Shown here: positions 27,927 through 36,154 of the stretch, in pieces
Layout: each line of letters starts with the position of its first letter
How positions within the stretch are numbered: position 1 is the first letter of the stretch
Assembly: GCA_002497295.1 (NCBI GenBank)
Contig: DANO01000039.1
Span: 16,405 to 80,404, forward strand
Direction: 5' to 3'
From: Euryarchaeota archaeon UBA171
Lineage (GTDB): Archaea; Thermoplasmatota; Poseidoniia; Poseidoniales; Thalassarchaeaceae
Length of the DNA stretch: 64,000 bases
Position numbers and translations under genes: made by a program
The notes under the pieces: generated by a model
The model's database searches: none
The model's input: the letters and a program-made list of their open reading frames with translations, nothing else
Told to the model about the DNA's origin: nothing

Positions 27927-28655
27927 CTATATTTCGAAGTAGATTCGAAAGGTCCCCTTCCCCTTGTTCTGAACTCTTCCTATCGTTATGTTTCCAATCG
28001 ATGATGTCGAGGAGAGGTGAGTGCCCGCGCAAGGACATAAGTCGATACCTTCTATCTCAACCATTCTCAATATTGGGTCGCTGCCGCCTATTCTATCGAT
28101 AATCCTCTCTACGAATCTTCTATTCCTAACTCGATCGTCGGACATGATCTGTTTACGGCTCCATTCGTGAATCATAATTTCAGCATCCTTGTTTACCCAA
28201 TGATTGGCATCTTCCACTAACATATTCACATCAAAGTCATCTCTATTTTCGAATTTAAGATCCATTCTACTTTCACTCTCTCCAAGCTGATTCCCAACTG
28301 TTATGGCCCCCCATCTCTCATTTGCAGTAGCAGAGACGATATGCGCTGCACTATGCATCGAAGTAAGTGCATTCCTCCGTTCAACATCTATCACGCAATC
28401 GACCTCTTGTCCAACCTGTAGAATATCACCAGAAACAGGATGGATTATGTGTGATGACGCGGAAACCTCCCCGAACCGAAATTCTTCACCATCAGATAGG
28501 AAGATCCCTGTGTCTCCCGGCTGCCCCCCTCCTTTGGGATAGCACCAAGAGTCGGAGAGAATTACCCCCTCGTCTGTAACAGACTCGACGATTGCCTTGA
28601 ATGGTGCTGGATTTATTCCAGGATGATGTTCTAAATGCCTCCTAGTTAGGGCCAT
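27927..28655 (-). CDS. alaX: alanyl-tRNA editing protein AlaX (AlaRS second-additional/editing domain homologue)
   Basis: It has HSAAHIV (HxxxH) and CPCAGTH (CxxxH) zinc motifs characteristic of AlaX/ThrRS-AlaRS editing domains. The track ORF starts at 28673. Confidence 0.8.
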   Translation of the reverse strand: MALTRRHLEHHPGINPAPFKAIVESVTDEGVILSDSWCYPKGGGQPGDTGIFLSDGEEFRFGEVSASSHIIHPVSGDILQVGQEVDCVIDVERRNALTSMHSAAHIVSATANERWGAITVGNQLGESESRMDLKFENRDDFDVNMLVEDANHWVNKDAEIMIHEWSRKQIMSDDRVRNRRFVERIIDRIGGSDPILRMVEIEGIDLCPCAGTHLSSTSSIGNITIGRVQNKGKGTFRIYFEI

Positions 28656-30171
28656 TTGAACCCTCCATGCCACTCAAAATCATCTCGGTCATCCTATTCG
28701 TATCACCTGACATTGACCTGTCCCCGTTTATTGGATCTGAAACTGATCTCACCATTTCATGATGCTTTTGAACGCCCTTGCCTGGTTTATGCTCTCTGAG
28801 ATCCAACGCTGCTGAGGCGACGAGCATCTCATTCCCGAGGACCGATGCTGCCAGTCTGCATATCTCTTCTAGACGCTGACAGGCTGTTGACCCCATTGAT
28901 ACATGATCTTCCTTCCCACCTGAAACGGGTATATTGGTTAATGCTGCTGGACTTGCTAGCAGCCTTATTCTTGCAATCGCAGCTGCTGAGACATATTGCA
29001 CAATCATCAACCCACTTTCAAGGCCGCTGTTATTTGCTAGATATGCGGGAAGCCCACTCCAACTTGGCATCAGCATTTGATTCGTTCGTCGTTCAGAAAT
29101 GGAACATATCTCATGTATCGCAGATGCTAAATTATCAGCTGCCAGAGCAAGAGGTTCACCATGGAAATTACCTCCACTAAGTACATCGTATCCGCCATCA
29201 CCATCCTCGAGTATTAGTGGGTTATCTGTAGCACTGTTGACATCTGATATAGCAATCTCTTTGCTTGATCTAACGACGTCTATAACGGCACCATGCACCT
29301 GAGGTGCACATCTGAAACTGTAAGCGTCCTGTACACGTTCGCAATCCTCATGAGACTTGTTTATCTGAGAACCCCGAAGATGACTCAAAATCCGATTGGC
29401 ACTGACCCTTTGGCCACGTTGCAATCTGACATCGTGTATTCTAGGGTCGAATGGCTTGTGAGAACCCGCTATAGCTTCGATACTCATTGCACATGCAGCA
29501 TCTGCAGCGGCGCATAGTCTGTCAGCATATGCTGCTGCTTCAGCAAGATAGGCTGCCATCTGAGAAGTTCCGTTGATCAGGGAAAGCCCCTCTTTCGCAC
29601 TTAGGATGACGGGTTCTCTACCTATGTTCTCAAAAACAGTCTTGGCTTGAATTTCCACCCATTCAGTCCCCTTTCTATGCATAAATTCACCTTCACCAAT
29701 AAGTGACATCGCCATATGGGCCAGCGGGGCGAGATCTCCTGAAGCGCCTAGTGAGCCAACTGATGGAATGGTTGGCGCATATCCGGAATTAACTAGGTCA
29801 AGCATCGTATCAACAACCTCCGGCCTTATACCCGAAACCCCCATGGTGAGCGAATTAGCTCGTATAGCCAGCATCCTAAGCGATGTTATGGGATTCATGG
29901 CCGGGCCAATACCGCAAGCATGACTAAGAATCAGATTGCGTTGTAACTGTTGAAGTTCCGAGGACTCTATCTTTACATTGGAAAGACTGCCGAATCCTGT
30001 ATTTATTCCATATACGGAGTCATCGCTCTCTAGAATCGACTCGACGTGCTCTCTTGACCTAGCCATTAATTTTCGTGCGGACTCTGAAATGGAAATCTTC
30101 GTTGGAATAATGCCAATCGACATGATATCCTCTATCGTCATTGATTTTCCATCGAGTACGATTTCTCTCAC
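28642..30171 (-). CDS. hutH: histidine ammonia-lyase HutH
   Basis: 509 aa. It has the MIO-forming GSLGASGDLAPLAH motif, YG.NTGFG, and a NFHGEP-type region. Confidence 0.95.
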   Translation of the reverse strand: MREIVLDGKSMTIEDIMSIGIIPTKISISESARKLMARSREHVESILESDDSVYGINTGFGSLSNVKIESSELQQLQRNLILSHACGIGPAMNPITSLRMLAIRANSLTMGVSGIRPEVVDTMLDLVNSGYAPTIPSVGSLGASGDLAPLAHMAMSLIGEGEFMHRKGTEWVEIQAKTVFENIGREPVILSAKEGLSLINGTSQMAAYLAEAAAYADRLCAAADAACAMSIEAIAGSHKPFDPRIHDVRLQRGQRVSANRILSHLRGSQINKSHEDCERVQDAYSFRCAPQVHGAVIDVVRSSKEIAISDVNSATDNPLILEDGDGGYDVLSGGNFHGEPLALAADNLASAIHEICSISERRTNQMLMPSWSGLPAYLANNSGLESGLMIVQYVSAAAIARIRLLASPAALTNIPVSGGKEDHVSMGSTACQRLEEICRLAASVLGNEMLVASAALDLREHKPGKGVQKHHEMVRSVSDPINGDRSMSGDTNRMTEMILSGMEGSNGPN

Positions 30172-32207
30172 GGTGAATGTCCCCCTATCTTATCCAGCAA
30201 TTCTTTGTCTACCAGAGATGGTTCAGTGATTACTAGGCGAGGGTCTTTTTCCTTAGCCCTGTTTATCGCCCACATTGCACCAGGATTCCTGGCCCATGCC
30301 CTTCTGGCGATACCATTGTCAACATCCCATGAGAGCATAGATTCAGCACGTAGCGAGGCATCTACTGAACCATCTAGTAGGAGTCCGAATCCACCATTCA
30401 TCACTTCCCCCCATCCGACGCCTCCTCCATTATGCAAGCTAACCCATGTGGCTCCCCTACAGGCATCGCCGATGAAATTCTGTACTGCCATGTCGGCAGT
30501 AAACCTTGATCCGTCCCTGATATTGGCAGTTTCCCTGTATGGGCTATCTGTCCCTGAAACATCATGATGATCTCGTCCAAGGATGATCGGTGCCGATAAT
30601 TTTCCACTGGCTACTGCTTCATTGAATTTAGCAGCTATACGCTTTCTGCCATCACCATCTGCGTAAAGTATCCTAGCTTGACTTCCAACAACCATGCCAT
30701 AGCCATCTGCATTAGTAATCCACCTCAGGTTGTCTAGAATCTGGCTCAATATCTCATCGGGTGCGACAGCGGATTGCTCGAGTAGAACCTGCTTAGCTAT
30801 TTCATCGGTGATTTTCAGATCCTCCCTTGATCCTGATGAGCATACCCATCTAAACGGCCCAAAACCGAAATCAAAGCACATAGGCCCCATTATATTCTCG
30901 ACATAGGAGGGGTATCGGAATGAGCCATCTTCCCCTACATTTGCCCCTGCTCTAGATGCTTCTAACAAGAATGCGTTGCCATAGTCCCAGAATTTCATCC
31001 CTCTTTCAGAGAGCCGGTTTATGACGTCCCCATGATCTACAAGCGTCGATTGGACCATTTTTCTAAATTTTTCAGGATCATCTGAGAGCATTTGAGAAGC
31101 CTCGCTATGGGACATATTCCTTGGAATATAACCACCCAACCATGGGTTGTGAAGACTAGTTTGATCACTGCATAAATCTGGAACTACATCCGACTCTTCG
31201 AGATGCTCGAGGAGATCGACTATATTACCAACATAACCGATTGAAATCGCTTCCTTACTAGCTATAGCCTCCTTCGCCCGAGTTGTAATCCACTCGAGAT
31301 CATCGCTCATTTCCGATAACCAGCCTTGTGAGCGCCTCTTCTCTACAGCATGTCGGTTAGTCTCTGCAATTATCCCAACCGCGCCGGTTATCACTGCAGC
31401 CTTTGCTTGAGCACCCGACATGCCGCCAAGGCCAGAGGTTACGAAAAGAACCCCCTCCAATCCTCGCTCGTGATCCAGACCAAGATGAAGCCTCGCTGCA
31501 TTAAGGAGGGTTATCGTCGTGCCGTGTACGATTCCCTGTGGCCCGATATACATGTAGGATCCAGCCGTCATCTGGCCGTACTGAGTAACACCTATTGCAT
31601 TGTGATAATCATAATCCTCTTGAGTGGAGTGATTAGGTATCATCATACCATTTGTTATGATTACTCTAGGTGAGTCTTTGTTAGAAGGGAATAGCCCCAT
31701 TGGGTGGCCCGAGTACATCACAAGAGTCTGTTCTTCGGACATCATACTGAGAAGTCGCATCGATACGAGATACTGTGCCCAATTCTGGAATACCGAGCCG
31801 TTCCCGCCGTAAGTAACAAGCTCGTGTGGGTATTGCGCGACTGCGGGGTCTAGATTGTTCTGTATCATCAGCATTATCGCTGCTGCAGATGGTGTTTCTG
31901 CTGGATAATCGCCTATCGGTCTTGCATGCATCGGATAATCCGGCCTGAACCTATGCATGTACACATGGCCATACTTCCGAAGCTCTTCAGAGAAATCCTC
32001 TGCTAGTTCTTCATGCCATGATTTTGGGAAGTATCTGAGTGCATTTTCTATAGCGAGGGAGAAGGATTCCTTGTCAAGATTCATGGGGCGTGGCGGAGCA
32101 TGATCTACATCTAGGTCTATTTCTCGCTTGGGGGGAAGGTCTTCCGGTATCCCTCCTCTAACGAGTCCTCTGAAAGATTCTTTATCGCCCATCAAGATTC
32201 GCTCCAA
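30168..32207 (-). CDS. hutU: urocanate hydratase HutU (long, ~680-aa form)
   Basis: 679 aa. Motifs seen: GLGGMSGAQ, YMYIGPQGIVHGT, and a GG.GWGE-type C-terminal region. It overlaps hutH by 4 nt. Confidence 0.93.
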   Translation of the reverse strand: MERILMGDKESFRGLVRGGIPEDLPPKREIDLDVDHAPPRPMNLDKESFSLAIENALRYFPKSWHEELAEDFSEELRKYGHVYMHRFRPDYPMHARPIGDYPAETPSAAAIMLMIQNNLDPAVAQYPHELVTYGGNGSVFQNWAQYLVSMRLLSMMSEEQTLVMYSGHPMGLFPSNKDSPRVIITNGMMIPNHSTQEDYDYHNAIGVTQYGQMTAGSYMYIGPQGIVHGTTITLLNAARLHLGLDHERGLEGVLFVTSGLGGMSGAQAKAAVITGAVGIIAETNRHAVEKRRSQGWLSEMSDDLEWITTRAKEAIASKEAISIGYVGNIVDLLEHLEESDVVPDLCSDQTSLHNPWLGGYIPRNMSHSEASQMLSDDPEKFRKMVQSTLVDHGDVINRLSERGMKFWDYGNAFLLEASRAGANVGEDGSFRYPSYVENIMGPMCFDFGFGPFRWVCSSGSREDLKITDEIAKQVLLEQSAVAPDEILSQILDNLRWITNADGYGMVVGSQARILYADGDGRKRIAAKFNEAVASGKLSAPIILGRDHHDVSGTDSPYRETANIRDGSRFTADMAVQNFIGDACRGATWVSLHNGGGVGWGEVMNGGFGLLLDGSVDASLRAESMLSWDVDNGIARRAWARNPGAMWAINRAKEKDPRLVITEPSLVDKELLDKIGGHSP

Positions 32208-32782
32208 TCCAATGTTATTGAGAGCATGTTTTCTATTTCTTCCATCATCGTGGATAGCTTCGACTTAATTGACAGTCTTTTTTGATTAGAAATCTCGGGA
32301 AGGTTGGCTGCAACATTATACGCTCCGATAACCGAAGCAGTAGCCAAGAGATGCTTTGAGGCCATTAAATCACTGTGAGCATTTTTATTATGATTACCAT
32401 TTATCTCCATGTGAAGAAGAGAAATCTCATGGGCCCTTGAAACGAGATCCAGTGGGATTTCAGCAGCGATTAATGATGCGGATTCTATTGCCCCTCTTCT
32501 GCTTGGATCTTCCTTGTCCAAACGATATGCTTCTACTACAGTGTCATACGCCTTGCAATCTTCGCTGTACCCATCGATTGCAATATCTTCGAATCCCATA
32601 GTTTTGGAAATTATAGATTCCGCGGATAGATGTCCATCTGACCACTTTTTTGATTTGAGTGTTAGATTAGAAACCATTCTCAGAAGAGCAGTTCCCTGGC
32701 CCAATGCGAGCCAACCTACCGCGCCGCCCCCGGGGGTAGGCCGTCCATCTGAAATGTTGGAAAGAGTCTCTTTGATGTCCAT
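32192..32782 (-). CDS. formimidoyltetrahydrofolate cyclodeaminase (FTCD C-terminal domain, stand-alone)
   Basis: 196 aa. P.PGGGAV....LA.G.AL..MV.NLT is typical of the cyclodeaminase/cyclohydrolase (FTCD_C) family. Confidence 0.8.
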   Translation of the reverse strand: MDIKETLSNISDGRPTPGGGAVGWLALGQGTALLRMVSNLTLKSKKWSDGHLSAESIISKTMGFEDIAIDGYSEDCKAYDTVVEAYRLDKEDPSRRGAIESASLIAAEIPLDLVSRAHEISLLHMEINGNHNKNAHSDLMASKHLLATASVIGAYNVAANLPEISNQKRLSIKSKLSTMMEEIENMLSITLDWSES

Positions 32783-32794
32783 TTTTCCACCAGC

Positions 32795-33814
32795 CTATAT
32801 GTCTCTTAGAGCCCATTCTATTATTCTCGATTCAGGGTTGAATTTTTCAAGAGTGCTGAGTCCCAAACCTAGTATCGCTTGCTCCACTAGAGTCTCCTCC
32901 GATGCATCTTCGCCAAGATACCAACGACCTGCCCTGAGCATGCTTTGAAGAGGTACGAGTCCGACAATCTCGCTTCCATTTACCCTTGCACCAAGTGCCC
33001 GTGCCAGAGCCAGAACAGCTTCATAGGCTACGTGAATATCTGTTTCGTCGGGATTCGAGAGATTCATTGATACTTGCGATATTCCATGTGATTCAAGCTT
33101 CACACCCATCCCCTGAACAGATTCTAGCATGCCCCCGACCCTTATTCTCTGACCAGATTCAGACTTGATGAGGAATCCGGACGTCCTGAGGACTTTGCCA
33201 ACTGTAGCCGAAACTTGTGGCTCGACCTCTTCGATATTTACGTTGTATGCTATCAAGATTGGACGTACTCCAATGGCCATAGCACCGAATCTATCGCAGC
33301 TTTCATCCCACTCTCCGGACCAACTATCGGGCATTCTAGTCTCTTCATTTTTCCACACCCCTCCTGAAAATCTCTCCTTGAGTCCTTCATATCCTCCTCT
33401 TCGTAAATCGGGTAATCGTGACCTAGAAGGATGACTGGCGTATGACCCGTATTTGAACATCGATACTTCCCCCATTAGTTCTGTGAAGCAGGCTTCAGCG
33501 ACAGAGGCAGCATCCTCTTCGGTTGATTCTCCAAGCGGTATGAATGGTAGCACGTCAACTGCACCCATTCGAGGATGACCTCCTTTATGCTGCCTCATAT
33601 CAATCAGCGAGCGGGCTCTTCTGACAAGATCTATGCTGGAACGTATGACTTGTTCCGGATTCCCGGCATAGGTTATCACTGTCCTATTGTAATCCTCATC
33701 CGGCTCAACACCAAGTACACTTGAGCCTCCATCTTCGACAGAAGACACGATTGATTGGATAATCGATGTATCTCGTCCTTCGCTTATGTTAGGAACAGCC
33801 TCTATAAGAGTCAT
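32795..33814 (-). CDS. glutamate formimidoyltransferase (FTCD N-terminal domain, stand-alone)
   Basis: LIEAVPNISEGRD at the N-terminus is the family hallmark. The start was moved to MTLIEAV; the track ORF extends to 33853. Confidence 0.88.
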   Translation of the reverse strand: MTLIEAVPNISEGRDTSIIQSIVSSVEDGGSSVLGVEPDEDYNRTVITYAGNPEQVIRSSIDLVRRARSLIDMRQHKGGHPRMGAVDVLPFIPLGESTEEDAASVAEACFTELMGEVSMFKYGSYASHPSRSRLPDLRRGGYEGLKERFSGGVWKNEETRMPDSWSGEWDESCDRFGAMAIGVRPILIAYNVNIEEVEPQVSATVGKVLRTSGFLIKSESGQRIRVGGMLESVQGMGVKLESHGISQVSMNLSNPDETDIHVAYEAVLALARALGARVNGSEIVGLVPLQSMLRAGRWYLGEDASEETLVEQAILGLGLSTLEKFNPESRIIEWALRDI

Positions 33815-33824
33815 TTTTCTGACC

Positions 33825-35054
33825 TCACTGATACAATGCCTCTGCTCCTTCACTTGAGCGAGATCTTTCTGAGAGTACTCTGGTGACTCCTTCCTCTAAG
33901 TCTTCCTTTGACATGCTGTTCTTACGTTCTGATATTGCATGCATACCGGCCTCTGTCACCACCGCCTTCAATTCTGCACCACTCATTCCTTCGCATTTTT
34001 TGGCTAACTTCCTCATATCAACGGAATCATCAACAGGGGTATTTCTAGTGTGGATTTCAAGAATTGATATCCTTCCTTCGAAATCAGGTACATCTATTCC
34101 AATTATCCTATCAAACCTACCGGGCCGTAACAAGGCTTTGTCCAGCAGTTCCATCCTGTTTGTGGCAGCGATTACCATCACACCCTCAGATTCTGAGAAT
34201 CCATCCATTTCAGCAAGAAGTTGCATCAGGGTTCTATGGACTTCGCGGTCACCAGAGGTTGTGGAATCAAGTCTTTTACTACCAATTGCATCTATTTCGT
34301 CAATGAATATCACTGATGGGGCCTTTTCTCTTGCCATCGAAAAGATTTCGCGAACAAGTCTACCACCTTCTCCGATATATTTCTGGGCAAGCTCTGATCC
34401 GACTATACCGAGGAATGTTGCGTTAGTTGAGTTTGCAAGTGCCTTTGCCAACATGGTCTTCCCATTGCCAGGGGGGCCTGAAAGAAGAACGCCCCTTGGA
34501 GGGTCTATCCCAAATTTAGAGAAAGCTTCTGGATTGAGAAGAGGCATCTCAACAGCTTCTCGTAGGGATTTTATTTGTTTATCGAGACCCCCGAGCATGC
34601 TGAATTTCGTATCTGGTTTGTGAATTATCTCGGAAGCAGCTACCAAGGGATCCCATCCGTCATTTAGAATCTCAATTATGGATAATGTGTCCTGATTCAG
34701 AGTTACTCTCGACCCAGGCGATAGGTCCGCTTGGTCGATTCGAGGGTTGTATGTTACCAGGAATACAGTTCCATTAGAGCTCTTGACGATAGCTCTGTCT
34801 TCGATGACGTCCTGGACATGACCCACGACCAGCGGCGGTGATTTGAGGTGTCTAAGATCTTCCTCTAGTCTCCCTGCTCTCTTGGATACCTGTGTAATCT
34901 CGTTTTCCAAAAGAAGCTTTTCGGTGAGGAGTGTTTGTGTTCTGTCCGCGAGCATCTCAAAGTCACGTTTGAGTGAATCGATCTCTGAGGCCATATTTGT
35001 AATGCTATCGACGTCATCTTCGACATGAGATGTGCCTGCCGCGTCGCTCGCCAT
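33825..35054 (-). CDS. pan: proteasome-activating nucleotidase PAN (AAA+ ATPase)
   Basis: 409 aa. It has an N-terminal coiled coil, an OB region, Walker A GPPGNGKT, Walker B IIFIDEIDA and the SRH region. Confidence 0.93.
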   Translation of the reverse strand: MASDAAGTSHVEDDVDSITNMASEIDSLKRDFEMLADRTQTLLTEKLLLENEITQVSKRAGRLEEDLRHLKSPPLVVGHVQDVIEDRAIVKSSNGTVFLVTYNPRIDQADLSPGSRVTLNQDTLSIIEILNDGWDPLVAASEIIHKPDTKFSMLGGLDKQIKSLREAVEMPLLNPEAFSKFGIDPPRGVLLSGPPGNGKTMLAKALANSTNATFLGIVGSELAQKYIGEGGRLVREIFSMAREKAPSVIFIDEIDAIGSKRLDSTTSGDREVHRTLMQLLAEMDGFSESEGVMVIAATNRMELLDKALLRPGRFDRIIGIDVPDFEGRISILEIHTRNTPVDDSVDMRKLAKKCEGMSGAELKAVVTEAGMHAISERKNSMSKEDLEEGVTRVLSERSRSSEGAEALYQ

Positions 35055-35130
35055 GGGGCTCCTTCTATACAGACAGTTGAGAAGGCTTCGGCTGAGTCGA
35101 ATTCATGACTGATTAGCAAAACCGCGTAGC

Positions 35131-35613
35131 ATGGGCGTGTGCGAGCTGTGCGGAAAAGAGAATACCGGAGTCTTCAATATACTAGTTTCTGGCGCACAAA
35201 TATCTGCGTGTGTTGCATGTAGTACTAAGAGAGGTTTTTCTATTCCGTCTAGAGAAACGGACAGAGCAAGATCATCGGTCAAATCACCAATTTCTAGGGC
35301 CCGCAAGGCCCGGCCAACGTTCGAAGCTGCAAGTGACTTTCACATAAGAATAAGAAAGGCCAGGGAAGCCAATGGAATGAGTGTCGAGGAGCTTGGGAGG
35401 AAGATGAATCTCCGCGTACAAGATCTTCAGAAATACGAAGGCGGAAGTGTACCTCCTGACTCAATAGCCAAAAAACTAGAGAGGGAGTTAGGGATAGTTA
35501 TTCTGGAGGAAGCTGAGGCGAATGACGTCTCTCCAGTCGTAAAACGTTCCAATAAGTCCGTTACTATCACGGATATGCTAGATGATCTGATGAGGGATGC
35601 ATCCAATGACTGA
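35131..35613 (+). CDS. mbf1: archaeal multiprotein-bridging factor 1 (Zn-ribbon + XRE-type HTH)
   Basis: 160 aa. It has the N-terminal C.LCG....(x17)..C..C ribbon and the central IR.ARE..GMS.EELG.K......L...E.G HTH. Confidence 0.85.
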   Translation: MGVCELCGKENTGVFNILVSGAQISACVACSTKRGFSIPSRETDRARSSVKSPISRARKARPTFEAASDFHIRIRKAREANGMSVEELGRKMNLRVQDLQKYEGGSVPPDSIAKKLERELGIVILEEAEANDVSPVVKRSNKSVTITDMLDDLMRDASND

Positions 35614-36154
35614 TGTTAAGAAAATCAGAATTGAAGCCATACATCTCGATCAGGACGACCCTAAGAAATGCACTGCCAAGAAATTAGAGAAGAGGGGACT
35701 CATACGGTGCAAGACAAGGATATCCTCAGCTGCGAAGAAGGGAATTCTACTAGATCCCCTCTCAGAGATACTGCTTAGTCCAAGTGATGTGAATTTAATC
35801 GAAAGCGGCGCTCTTGTTGCGTTGGATTGCTCATGGAAGAGGATTCATGAATCTGTCAGGATTATATCAAAAACCACAAGGCTCGAATCAAGGATACTCC
35901 CCATCTTGCTCGCAGGGAATCCAGTGAGCTGGGGAAAGAGAGGACGAATGAGTACTGCAGAGGCTCTATCCGCCACCCTATACATAGTTGGCTACAAAGA
36001 ACAGGCCATTTCACTATTGAATCCATTTAAGTTCGGTGATGCGTTTATGGATTTAAACAGGCAACTGCTTGAAGCGTACTCGTCTTGCAATAGTCAGACT
36101 GAAGTTGAGAAGATGCAGTGGGAATTTTTTGATCGTCCATCATCTGACATTTGA
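35597..36154 (+). CDS. tsr3: 16S rRNA aminocarboxypropyltransferase Tsr3
   Basis: 185 aa. Motifs seen: DQDDPKKCTAKKL......, then V.LDCSW.R, then NPV.WG....ST.EAL.A.LYI.G. Confidence 0.85.
   Translation: MHPMTDVKKIRIEAIHLDQDDPKKCTAKKLEKRGLIRCKTRISSAAKKGILLDPLSEILLSPSDVNLIESGALVALDCSWKRIHESVRIISKTTRLESRILPILLAGNPVSWGKRGRMSTAEALSATLYIVGYKEQAISLLNPFKFGDAFMDLNRQLLEAYSSCNSQTEVEKMQWEFFDRPSSDI

Noticed and set aside
33883-34623. Long ORFs on the strand opposite strongly supported genes. Examples are 33883-34623 antisense to pan, 1293-1910 antisense to the RND exporter, 21982-22485, 7105-7590, 41350-41817, 51462-51884, 59243-59725 and 61537-61971.
   Set aside because: Each is fully contained within, and antisense to, a gene with clear family motifs. 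Their translations are low-complexity Ser/Pro/Ile-rich with no recognisable motifs. They are typical shadow ORFs.
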